A DNA stretch of 64,000 nucleotides, taken from assembly GCA_050084985.1 (NCBI GenBank), contig JBITNC010000001.1:180358001-180422000 (forward strand), given 5' to 3'. Both the position numbers and the translations under genes were made by a program. This document shows positions 37,251 through 49,368 of this stretch, one piece after another. Each line of letters starts with the position of its first letter. The stretch's first letter is position 1. Origin of the DNA: Nageia nagi (Eukaryota; Plantae; Pinophyta). Under the pieces are notes generated by a model. That model was not told the origin of the DNA. It saw nothing but the letters and a program-made list of their open reading frames with translations, and did not search any database.

Positions 37251-40200
37251 GAAGTTGCCCTCAAAAAGAGAGTAAATATTGAATTCTTATTGAATCCATT
37301 ATAATTTCTTCCTTCTTAATAAAGTTTTTTAACTTTTGTTTGTTTTGTATATTTTGTTTATACATTCCTCTATTTGGTAACTATAAGTATGGGCTTAGCA
37401 TCGTAATGATGACTTATAATGTTCCTCAAATCCAAGCACATTATAGCAGAAAGAAAGTTCATGATGCAACAACTGTAACTCTATTCATCTAACTTTGTCT
37501 ATCCTAATTTATTCACTAGCCATTTTAGAAACTTTGTTGTGCATACTTTAAAGTTTTTTATGGTAGTGAAGTTGTCCTCAAGGGGGAGTGAAGGTTAAAT
37601 TTATGTTTATGATGATAACTTCATCCCTAGGAGGCTATATTTTATTGTATAGTGTTGATCTAAATGTACAACTTCATGATTAGTTCAATTTATGTGAGGA
37701 ATTCATGGTACATTTTATTTTGTTATCACTATGTGAGGAATCTGTATGTATTTGTTAGCATTATTTGGTTATCTGTATGTGAGTAACTTATATATGCACA
37801 TATACTTTTTTGTTGTTCATTAACACATGTTTTTATATATATTAGGTGACTATAAGTATTGGTTTGGCATCTTTTTGATGACTTATAGTGCATCATTAAT
37901 CAGTTTATAGATGGCATTACTTAGTTCATTTATCTTATGATTGATATGAATGTTATATGATGCATCCAACCAATTTTGTTTATGAGTTGCTTGTAGCTTT
38001 CTAGTTTCATCTTAAGAGTACATGTTACTTACTTCATGTGGTTAAGCTCATGGAGGCTCATATGTCAACTCAATGTTGATTGACTACACTTACAATAAAA
38101 CCAATTATGGTTAACGATTATATAGTAAATCATTTTGTCAAATGGTATTGTAATGAATCTAAAACTAAGATCTTGCTTATTTATCACTAATGTAAAAGTT
38201 CTCATCTCTTCTTGTATCTCTTTGGAGGAAAACTCTCTCTTACTCTATCTTTCTTCTTCTCTCTACACTCTATTCCAATATTATATTAAGAGAGAGTGTT
38301 AAAATTTGTAATGTAATATTGTGTAATATTTCTTTTTAATGTAAATTCACTTAATACTTAAAGTATCATTAGATACCATAAAGTATTAAGAGAATAATAA
38401 TAGGAAAAATATTAAAAATAGGTATAAGTTTAAAAATAGATAAATGATTAAAAATACAAAAGAGATCAATTATAGAGTGGATTTCTTCTTATAAAAAGAG
38501 AATAGCTCTCCCTTTCTTTAGTTACACAATTGTAATGTAAGTTTTGCTATATGTTTAAAGTGTGAGAGAGAGAAGAGATTTTGTAAAAGAGATCCTTAAG
38601 AATACAAATTTAGTTAGTGGACATACTCCCAAGGAAGAATGAACCACTTTATATCTTATGTTATTTATGTGATTGGCTTTAATTATTATGCTATTATGTT
38701 GATGTTGAAAGTGTCTTTTGATCTTAGGAGATTAGAAGTTAATTCAAAAAGGGTTAAATTCTTTAAGAGCGAATCTTTCTCCAAACCTGCTCTCAATTTG
38801 ATCAACAAATCTATGAGGGGGGATTAGCCTCATTGAGCCAATTCCCCCCTCACCTTCATTTTTTTGCTAGATTTTATTTTGTGGTAGGTTGTGACCTATG
38901 CAAGCTTGCTTGTTTTATGATTTCTACTATTTCAAGGAGTCTTTTGCAATGGGGTTATCTCCTTCCATGCTATCTATCACTTATCTTCTTCTTCTCACAT
39001 GAAACCTAATCACGTGTTTGGTGCAATATTTAAATATGTTGCAAGATCATGGAGTCTTTTTTCATTGCAAGCTCTCTTCTTCCAAAGATCTTATTAGTCT
39101 ACATTATGGGCATTTTTGCTATCTTGTACTCTCCATCATTGATAGTGATGGTTTTACCTTTTGGTGGATTTTATGGATATGATCTAGACATCTTGTGCCT
39201 CTCTCAGCACTCTTATTTATGGGTTTGGTAGTGTCACCTCTTCGTTGTATATGATATCTCTTGATTGGAAAAGCACCCTCTCCCTATGCATGGTTTCTTA
39301 CCTATGTTGCATTAAGATGTTAGATTTGGTGTTGACCTCTCCTGCCCATGTAGGGCTTCTTTATGTCTCAGGTGTCTCAGATCACACTTCTCTTTGAATG
39401 ATGTTGGAATCATTTAACTAGTATGGAGGTTATTTTATTTTTTATGGAGATTTACACCTTTCATTTTGGTATCTTTATCCAACTTGTACTTCTTCATGAT
39501 GCCTTCCTTCATCCATGCTACATTGTGATTCTCATGACCTATTTTTGTGTGCTTCTTCTGGCTCTCCCTTTTATTTTGAGCTGGTGAGCCTTTTATGGTA
39601 ACTCATGCACTCTTTTGGGTGTATCCTTCTATAGATATACATTACATTGTGTAATGCCATCATGAGTAGTCTCCTTCATTAATTCATTCCTTTTTAGATC
39701 ATGCCCACCTAGTGAAAGTCTTTAGGATTTGGTGTGCACTTTGTTAGCTTCCTCTACATTGTGACTTCCCTCCTTATGAACCTATATTTCTATGGATCTC
39801 TAGGCATGATGTCTTATTTGGATAGATCATGATCACTAGTGACCTCCTTACCTTTAGATTCATCCATTTATGGCTCACCCTCATTTCTGTAGTGTATGGT
39901 GCTTTTTTTGGAGAGATCATGGTCATTTTTTAGCAACTCGTGTGGATTTTTACTATTTTGCATGCCAACTCTTCAACCTAAGTTTGCTCCCTTACAAATT
40001 GACATTGAGTGACCTCCTTCTGACCTTTGGTGGGGAGATCTACACTTATTATTTAGATTTTATATTTATGGAAGAGGTGTGTTTATTTTTTGGCTATTAT
40101 GGAGACCTTCTCTTGGCCACCCCATGGTGAATCCCTATCCTCCACGATGGACATTCTTTTTTGCATGCATCTCCCTCAAGCCCTCGATAACTCTGCTTAC

Positions 40201-41403
40201 TCCTTTTTTGCTGATGTGGCCCCTTCCTTCTATGATGTGGCATGGTGGGCTTTTCATGTAGCTCTTCTCTCTCACTATTCCAACATGGCAGACCTCTTTA
40301 CATAATTTTGTGGGCCCCACTTTCATTGACATGGCATGGACTTCACATTGCTAATTAGGCACCTATCATGGACATCATTTGGTGATGTGGCTCATTGATT
40401 TACCACTTGACCTCAATTTGTTTGGTCGTGATAGTGATTTTCTAGCTTCTCATTTTGAAGTTAGAATTTTGGAGGATTTAATTATTTGGGCAATTTTAGT
40501 TATCAATGGTTTTTTTTACCTTATCCAGAGTTTCAATGGTAATTTTTTAGAACCATCAACTTTACAACATTCTTAATTTTGTACCAATCATTTCAACTAA
40601 AAATATGATCCTATTTGATTGCTTTTGCTTCCCACACTCTCAATTAAAATTTTTTGATTTAGAAATTAATTAAAATCATTAAATTTGATTTAATTAATTT
40701 TCTAATATTTTAGGGTCCAAATTTTGATTTTTGACACCCAACCTTGTTAATTCCATAACTTGAGCTTCGAGTATCTATTTTGGGTGCCATTTTTCCTGTT
40801 GCAGAGTAGAATGTGAGCTCTTCACTTTGTAAGCTTTTTTATGACTTTATAGTGTATAGGTGAATACCACACCATTATGCTTGTGAAGTCACCTTGAGCT
40901 TGACTATCCTTACAATTGTGGTTCTTTTTCAAGCCTATCTACTATTTGTAAGACACTTTGATCAATAACGAGAAGTATTAGAGTATATCATTCTCATGGG
41001 GGATCTTCTTTAGTGTTGTTGGGTTCCTTTCAAGATATCATAGCCCAACTCATAGTTGCTTCCCTTTAGCTTATCTAAGTCCTTAGTGTACCTTTTGGAT
41101 CTTGTTGGATCTTTTGGACAAGTATTATTTAACTTGCCTTCATTTTATTCCTTTAGCCTTGGAGATCTTCCATGATGGTACATTTGGTGAGCATACCTTG
41201 TATTCAGCTTAATTCCCTACTTAACTTAGTGATTACAATAGTTGGCACTCATGTATTCTAATAAGATGGGATGATGTCCATAAGGATGCTCTTCAACCTT
41301 TATTGGACCTTTCTTTATTGCACTATTGACTTTGGAGTTTCATCATCAACATTATTTTGAGTTGTATTTATCACATTAAGTGAACCTCCTTAATAGTTGC
41401 ATT

Positions 41404-41590
41404 GCATGTGAATCCATTCTTGGGCATGCTATCTTGTATGTGAATCCACTCTTGGGCATGCTATCTTGTATATGAACCCATCTTCGGGCATGCTATTTTT
41501 CATGTTAACCCATCTTCGAGCATGCTATTTTTCATGTTAACCCATCTTTGGGCATGTTATCTTGCATGTGAATCCATCTTTAGGGATGCA
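41404..41590 (+). repeat. 32-bp tandem repeat x~6 in D
   Basis: gcatgtgaatccattcttgggcatgctatctt units with no spacers. Confidence 0.9.
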
Positions 41591-42199
41591 TGTTGTCATC
41601 ACTTTATGTCCTTATATCTTGTATTAGTGTACCTGTGTTCAGATGCAACTTTCTTTAGGATTCTTGTTATAAGATCTTGGTCCCTTATAGCATACCAACT
41701 GCATCTTTGATAATATTTCAGCTTCTAGTGTTGATTGGATCTCACTTATGCAAATTTTTAGCTCTTTGATCTTACTTTCTTTGGAGGCTCTTCATTTGTA
41801 GATGTTCATTGGCAATGGTTTCTACAACATCCTTGCACCAGATTTCATCTTTTTCTCTTTTAGGGGGGAGTTTTTATCATAGGATTTTCTCCTTTTTTTG
41901 TAATTTAAAAAAACTTTCTATTAACTAAATCATGTTTTACAAAGAAAGAGCTAGTGACTAAAACTTATTTTACAAGGAATACATATCAATGCATTCCAAA
42001 CTAAAAGGAGACTACTGGTCTTTACAAGAAATGCTGATAAGGAGGATCATGGAATCTATAGGAGGATTGTTCCTTGATGCAGTGTACAAAAGGAAACTAG
42101 TACTAAATTCTACAATAGATTATTTGACCATAGGCATGTCATTCTGTTTCCAAACAAGGTATATCATCAGGGATCCATTCGATAGCATGAGCTGCTGAT

Positions 42200-45100
42200 G
42201 GAAGAACTTTCCAAGTCTCAAAAAATTGTCATATCAATAGACTATCACTATGTTTAAAATTCAAGATTGGCCATATACTTTCTAGATGAACACTGAGTCT
42301 ATTCTAGAGCATTTCGACAGGGGAGTGGGTTCTTTGAAATATCTATTTATTTCATTCTAACCAAATTCTTCATAGAAGCATTGTTGGGGATGCTTTACAT
42401 AATAATATGGGGATTGAGCTAGTTGAAGGATGGTGCCATGATAGTAGGAGAGCCCCCACTGACTAGGGATAACCCATTGGATGCTGAAAGTGGTGAACAA
42501 AAGATTCTAGAGTGTTGAGGTGAATTCATAATGTAGTAGAAGGTGGGAACCTATTTCTTGTGCTTCTTTGCATAAAGCACAAGTTGAGATTTTAGGCCAA
42601 CCTCATCGATGCAATTACTCTCCTGATAAAATTTTATCATGAACTAAGGTCCATAGAAAGAACTTTACCTTTGACCATTATTTAGAGAACCACACTTGCT
42701 TCCAAACTATAGGGGGGAACTTTATCGAGGTTGAGTTGGAGAAAGCAATGAATGTTGAACTAATAGAGTAGCTTCTTGATGGTTATTTTTACCTGACCAA
42801 ATGATCATTTCCATTAGGTCAGAGTTTGTATAGATAGTTATGAGGCTAAAGCTCGATATTCATTAATCAGGTTAGGAGGAATAGGGTCTAAAATCCACCA
42901 AAATTTTTGCCTAACTCCATTAACATTTTTCTAATGCCAATAGTCTTTGACTAGCTCTCCCTTTGCCTAATCATGTACTTTTGTAATTTTGAGAAGTTCA
43001 ATTCTGAGAGGGGGTGATTGGATACCCAAGTATCATGCCAAAAATGAACCTTGTCACCAATCACAACTACCCATTTCAAGAACTAGATAATTAAGGGGAT
43101 AAATTTCCTTAGGCCATTCCATATTATGGATCTTATCACTGTAAATACTCATTTAGCTTGATCACTATACAAGTATTTACACCATATTGCCTATCTCCAA
43201 AGAGAAGTTTGATCAAAATAGATCCTCCATATGAGTTTCTTGAGTAGAGCTTCATTCATCACTTTGAGCTTTCTTATACCTAAACCACCTCTACTTAAAT
43301 TTGAGTATACTACATCCCATGCTACCAAATGGATCTTTCTAGATTCTGAATTACCTTTCCAAAGGAATTCTCTTAGTATATGCTCTAGTTAGAGTAAAGT
43401 TTTAGATGGTATCCAAAGTACCCCCATTGAAAAAAAGGGCATAACACTTAGGATAGATTTAATCTTCACCAGCCTACTTGCTATGGACAATCACTTCGCT
43501 TTCCATCTCTCTAGCTTTGAGGATAGTTTAGTTTTTATCTTTTCCTAGAAGCCTCCAACCTATCCTCCTTGTAGTAATGGTAATCCAAGGTATGTACTAG
43601 AGAAGTTGTCTATAGTCATTATGGTTTTATGAGACATCAATTGGAGAAAAGTTGGATGGAGATTAATGCAATATATTTTAGATTCTTCATAGTTCACAAC
43701 CTACATTGATGCTATCTCATATGCATTAAGGATATTTTTAACCATGTGAACTTCTTGGATGGAGGGATAGACTATTAGGAAAGTGTCATATACGAACTAA
43801 GAATGAGTCACTAGAGGGCAAAGAGTATTTAATAGTGAGCCTTTAATCTTTCCTATAGATTGAAGGTGTCTTAGACCCCTTCCCAAGGTTTCTGCTACTA
43901 TAATAAATAGGTAAGGAGACAATAGATTGCCTTGTCTTAGCTAGCAATAGCTATGAAAGAATCCTCTAGCACATCCATTTATAAGGATTGAGAAGGATGG
44001 ACCACTAATTAGTGCCCAAATCCAATGAATCCAACTAGAAGGAAAGCTAAATTTCTCCATCAAGCATGCCAAGAAGACCCAATTTACTTGATCAAAAGCT
44101 TTCCTCATATAAAGCTTCATCAACAACCCCTTTATCCTATGCTTACTCAGGGAATGGATCAGTTCATGTATGAGGATGGCTCCATCCATCAATTATATTC
44201 TTGTAACAAATATTTTTTTTCCTCGAATATTATGAAGGTAAGCACTTGTTTTAATCTAATGGATATGATCTTGTAGAGGCAGTTACACAGGGATATGGGA
44301 TGAAAACCATTAATAGATTGGGCATCTGATACTTTTGGGATTAGGGCCAAAAATGTATGGTTGATCTGACCATGCAATTATTTGGAATCAAAAGCTTCTC
44401 TCACCACATTTACTACCTCCTCCTTTAGCAAGTTCCAAAAATGTTGATACAACCCTAGAGGAAATCCATCAGGCCTTGGAGCTCCATAAATTTTCATTTG
44501 AGATACAGTAATAGAAACCTCCTCCTCAAAAATTAGGCTATTAAGCATTGCATTTTGAATTGGGGTGACTAAGTTAAGGATAATATTTAAAAATTGATCT
44601 TGGTTTGCTAACCTACATTGGTCTTCTTATGATAGTAAATTCTAAAAAAAACCTATAATATGGTCATATAGAGCATCAAGAGAGGTGAGAGTTTGACCTA
44701 AAGAAGTGGTAAGCTTTAATATTTGATTGTTTTCCCTATGAGCCATGGTGGAAGCATGGAAATATTTAGTGTTTCAATCCCCCTCTTGTAACCACTGAAG
44801 TCTTGAATTTTGTTTCCAAAAAATCTCCTCTACTAGGTATGCCTCATTAATCTTTTGTAGGAGAGCATTTTCTTGTTCTAACAGTGGGGTGTCTTGCTCA
44901 ATTTGGAGTTGCTCTTATACTAGGTGCAATTCTTATTCCATTGTTGCTCTATGCTCTAAAACATGGCCAAAAGGAGTCTTATTCCATTGCTTCAATTTTA
45001 CCTTCATCTTGCTTAATTTGTAAGTGAACTTGAACATGCATGTGTCATAAACATGAGTATCTTCTTGCCACTAGCCTTCTACTAGTTTTGTGAAGGAGTC

Positions 45101-45866
45101 ATGTTGGAGCCACATTCTCTCAAAGCAGAAAGGAGAGCATATATATCTATCTTTTAGCTCTACATTTGCTTAGATTGGGTAATGATTTGAACCTCTAATG
45201 GAAAGAACTGTCAATTGAAAAAGGATGCCCTATTCTATCCAACGGTGCATCAATAGGAATCTATCCAACTTCTTGAGTACTTTGAAATCCTTTAAGCGTT
45301 TATTTGACCATGTAAAATGACCCTTATTGCTAGAAGGCTCAAATAATTGGCTTCTTGTAATGAACTCATTTAAATCCTTGTCACACTTCTTCAGCTTTTG
45401 AGTCCCTCCTTGCTTCTCTACCAAGCTACAAATGGCATTAAGGTCTCCACCCACAATGGTAGGCAGTCCTTCATGAGTAGTTAACCAGGCTGAGATCTGT
45501 TCTAGACATTCATATTTTTGATGTGTCACCTATGAACTATATATATTCAGTAGACCAAATTGAAAGCATGTGACTAGTTTTTTAGCTAGCACAACCATAC
45601 ATGATTCATTGGCAAAAATTAAATTGCATACGACTTTGGATTTATCCCATAGTATAGCATGACCCTCGGGTTGGCCATTAGCATCCCACGCTAGAAAAGA
45701 ACACTTAGACCAAAAAAATTATTTGAAACCTATGGACATCTTTTGTAAATGCTTTAGTCTCTTGAATGAATAAAATGGTTGGCTTCGCGGATTAAACAAG
45801 TGATTTCACCATTCCAAATTTATCAAGGAAATGGAGGCCCCAAGTTTTCCAGGAGGTTATAATCAT
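42200..45866 (-). pseudogene. LINE ORF2: AP endonuclease - RT - zf-RVT (degenerate)
   Basis: MIITSWKTWGL start (45866), IVGGDLN...FTWSN...KLDRFL, APRPDGFP, NHTFLALIPK...FHPISLCNCLYKII, KLYMRKAFDQVNW...SFSILING, YLGLPL, GGLGIRKL, and a C-terminal CALCK/HLLLH zinc finger. The 3' end is approximate. Confidence 0.93.
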
Positions 45867-45869
45867 TCA

Positions 45870-47250
45870 AAAAATTTGCCCTTTTAAGGTTCCAATAGTT
45901 CCTCTAGCTGGTACTATGATCCCTCCTCAAGTTTATCTCTAGCAAGTTATTGTAGCTTGTCTAGGTTAGGGGCTCGACCTCTTCTCTTCTGTGCTCCTAG
46001 GTTTGCAGCTTTCAAATTATTAGCCATTTGCTTTATTGCTTGGCCCTTAGGATACTTCTTTGATAGGGATAGAGTTCTTTCTCAGATTGAACTGGTGTTA
46101 GTAGTCTCTATGTTTGGCATTTTAGGGTTATGTTCAAACATGTTAACATCCATTTCTTGAAGCATTCTTTCCTGTGTGAGAGTTTCTTCAACTATTATTA
46201 TTTCCAAATTGATTGGGGGATTTTTAGTGGGTTCTTTAGCCAAGGGATCAAGTGTTGTCATTGGAGCACCAGAGATGTTAGACTGGAAGGGGTTTAGCTC
46301 CTCATCAATAGGGTTCTTTGGGGGTTGTAATGGCTAGAAGCAATTTATGGTGGTAATTTCTATGGTCAGGGTTAAGGTCTTGTATATGGCTATATTTCTT
46401 TTTGTGGGCTATGATTGGATTTTATCCTGATTGTGAGAGGCCTTTGGATCTAGGGATACATTGGGACTAGTTTGTTGGGCTATAATTTTATTTTGTGGGG
46501 TTCTACATTTAGGATCCTAGAACCCATCATTTTGAAGATTATGGGCTTGGGGAACTAGATCTGCATGCGGGAAACTATTTACAAGGTGCCCATATTCAGA
46601 GCAGATTCTGCATCTAAAAGGTAAACTTTCATAATCGATCTATTGCTCCCAAATTACACCATGATCAGGTAGTGAGATACACACCTGTGTAGGTAAAGGG
46701 ACCTCTAGGTCCACATGTACACATATTCAAGCATATGATAGGGCTTGTCTTTCTTTTATGCAGTCATAGGAGCAAAGGTATACTCTAATCTGGTTACCCA
46801 CCTCCTCAAACACCTCTTCATCGCATAACTCCAATGGTAAATTAGTGAACCAAACCCAGACTGTTGCTTCTATGGGTTGTTCAATCTTAGGTCAGAAGCC
46901 AAAGTGCCAGGGCTTCATAAATAATCCTACTCTATAAAGAACCAGGGACCCATTTGGAATACTTCATCTCCATCCTCCTTGGATGCGAAGGAGGATAAGA
47001 AATAGTCATGAGATTAGTGGCTAATAGTAAAATCTCCCTTAGTAAGCCATGTTCATTTCTCGCAAGACAATTACTATAGGGTGCAGGCAAGTGCTGAGGA
47101 ATTGACATATTAAGCCATGATCTATGAGATATTCAATACCACAGCTTATCCTCTCACTTCTAATCTCAACCATCGACGTTCTTACTAGTGCGAGTAGGCA
47201 TCCATTCTCATTTTTGTGTGGGTTTTGGGCTATCATTCTCATCCTCCTAT
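45870..47250 (-). pseudogene. LINE ORF1 (DUF4283 + CCHC knuckle), degenerate
   Basis: GPWFFIE.GLFMKPWHFGF, VWVWFTNLPLE, IDYESLPFRCRICSEYGHLVNS (Cx2Cx4H). Confidence 0.85.
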
Positions 47251-47811
47251 AATGTTGTTGGGAGCTCGATGCCTACTGAAGAGTGGGGCTCTTGTAGCGC
47301 ACAACATCTCAAAATGACTCTTTCAAGTGCGGTCTGTGGACACCCTCGGTACCACCAACCATGGTGGTGTTTGTTCCCACCTTCAACCTTTAGAATTTTG
47401 GTGCCAAAAAAATTGTAGAGCCTCAACTCTATGTATTACTTTCTCTCTTTCTTAGGGTTTTCTCCTTTTCTCTATTTGTGAGAGATATTATTTTGTTCAT
47501 GGCTACCTCATCAGTGCATGTTGTCAGTACCCATGTTATGCTGGCATATTTTTTGTGTCTACTATCTCCTAGCCTCGCTTAAAGAGACATGTTAAAGTTA
47601 ATTAAGCTTGAGGGTATCTAACTTTAGTGTTACTAAGTTAGTTGATAACATATGGGTTGTCATTCTTATCCTTATCCTAGTTTAATATGTTTGGATGGTT
47701 GAGATAATTTTATGTATCAACCTATCCTATGGTTGTAATTGTTCATCCTTGGCTATTTAACCAAGGTTTCTCATTGTAATAATATCAAATCTTTTATTTC
47801 CTTTCAATGCG

Positions 47812-48017
47812 TTACCCACTCTCATCAAACTGCTCCACCATGGAATCCATCATGGAAAGTGGAATATTGTCTCTACTTTATTTATGTCTTTCTCTCTTTT
47901 ATGGTAATGTTGTTTGGATGGTGGATGTCAATGTTGTACCATTGTTGGTTCATTTGTCCTCGATGATGAGCATGAGTACGTAGGCCTATCGGATGACTCT
48001 CTTATGCTTCTAGCCAT
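47812..48017 (-). pseudogene. 5' half of decayed antisense cargo ORF in C
   Basis: ATG at 48017 (MARSIRESSDRPTYSCSSSRTNE), one frameshift, then ...KRERHK*SRDNIPLSMMDSMVEQFDESG*RI, joining the 31073 frame. Confidence 0.4.
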
Positions 48018-48378
48018 GCTTGGTGAACAACGACCTGGGTTGATTACCCTAAACTAGAAACTAATGGTACGTATCCTTAAGGGGATACTATAAACTACGT
48101 TTCCCAAGGGGAAGGAAAATTCTATCGCAATTCTGTTAGCACTTTTTCATAACTAGTTATAAATATTGCGCTCCATATACTCATGCTGATACCCACACTG
48201 GTGGGCTCTCTATATTCACTTCTAACATCAAGTACCCATCAAGTGAAGAGGAAAGCAACATCATTTCTCAAAATATTGCAGAGATCATAAGTTTCAAGAG
48301 CATCAAATGGCAATACCTTTGTCTCCCATAGATTACCAATTAATCATGTATTTTTTCTTTAAAGCTAAACTATAGTCG

Positions 48379-49368
48379 ATGACAGAGGTATATTCATTTT
48401 ATAAGTGATTTAAATCTTAGAAAACATTCAACAAAAAGAAATCATATCATAATAGCCAAAAGGCATTTAACTGCTATAAATGTGGTGGGAAACCCTTCAA
48501 TCTGGAAGGGGACGATGAAGGGGGAATAGTCAATTTTGGTTCTTCTTTAACCCTCCATGATCTTCACGAAGATGATTCCTTAGAATAGGAAATGTGTGTC
48601 TGAGTGGCTCAAGATTACATCGATAAATACTTTTACATACATGATATCAAATAAAAATGATGAAAACCTCCTCTGCTATCTGAGAAGGCGATAGGCTTTA
48701 TTGCTCAATGGTGAGGTCCCATCTCCATTGCTGCACTTTTAAAATGAGCAAGACAATAGTTGAAGCATGCAATGCTTTACTCTATTCAACTTATCTATAG
48801 TCTTGTGTAGTACTCGACTACTTGAGCGATTGAGAAATTCTGGAATATGATAATTTTAAGGTACCAAAGGCATGTCATTCCTCTCAATAATGAGACGTAC
48901 TCTCTAGAAGATGATAATTTCAGCCATGACTTTCTCGACAGGCTCTGGCATTGCTTCACTAAATGCATTAACGCCCATGCCTCCTCCTCAATTGCATGAT
49001 ATTGCTATTGTGGTTGGTCCGCTGGCTTGGGAGAGGAATATCGGTTGACCCATTTCTCCCACGAGTGGAAGGTTTACCTACCCCTCATTATTCAGATAAG
49101 GCCACAATGGAAATCAATATTGATCCAAGATTGGCATGGTTCTCTGGGAGGTAGGATGGACAAGGATGAAAGTAGGCAAGATGCTTCCGGTGAGCTATTC
49201 CTGGCAATCAGAGCGAGACATAGTGCAGAATCCGAGGAGATGAAATGTGCTTATGTATGTTTACTGCATTCTTCATCGGATGAGCCTTTTTTTTTACGTC
49301 CATACTATCTTTTCCATTCAAGTTGTCCTCCAATTTGTTTTATCATGTTGGTGTACATTATTTTATAA
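48379..49368 (+). pseudogene. Decayed ~329-codon sense cargo ORF of unknown function in C
   Basis: A single frame runs from ATG 48379 into listed ORF 49027-49368 with no frameshift. Manual count gives 13 internal stops (8 TGA, 4 TAG, 1 TAA), as expected from CGA/CAG deamination. Contains NCYKCGGK near the N-terminus. Confidence 0.5.

Larger units (their letters stand above)
31304..38765 (+). mobile_element. Element E: Ty1/copia retrotransposon lacking recognisable gag/protease
   Basis: LTRs 31304-31744 and 38297-38765; perfect TSD AGAGC (31299-31303, 38766-38770); PBS 31747-31757; PPT aagagagag. Confidence 0.93.
41897..47452 (-). mobile_element. Element F: near full-length L1-clade LINE
   Basis: 17-bp TSD taggattttctcctttt (41880-41896) / tagggttttctcctttt (47453-47469); short T-run at the 3' end; ORF1 and ORF2 both present. 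Confidence 0.92.
31074..47806 (+). mobile_element. Element D: short-LTR (~218 bp) non-autonomous LTR element
   Basis: LTRs 31074-31291 and 47590-47806; TSD ATGCC/ATGCG; PBS 31292-31303. Internal 38771-41896 + 47470-47589 has no recognisable domains. Confidence 0.88.

Noticed and set aside
38639-41710. Many 60-110 aa hydrophobic ORFs in the ORF track (here and elsewhere) as host genes
   Set aside because: They fall in LTRs, UTRs or the antisense strand of TE genes, show AT-driven F/L/I/Y bias and have no recognisable domains.
48020-48378. Divergent ORFs around a stem-loop as an endogenous geminivirus/CRESS virus
   Set aside because: No TAATATTAC nonanucleotide in a stem-loop (only aaatattgc, unstructured) and no Rep HUH/helicase motifs in either ORF.
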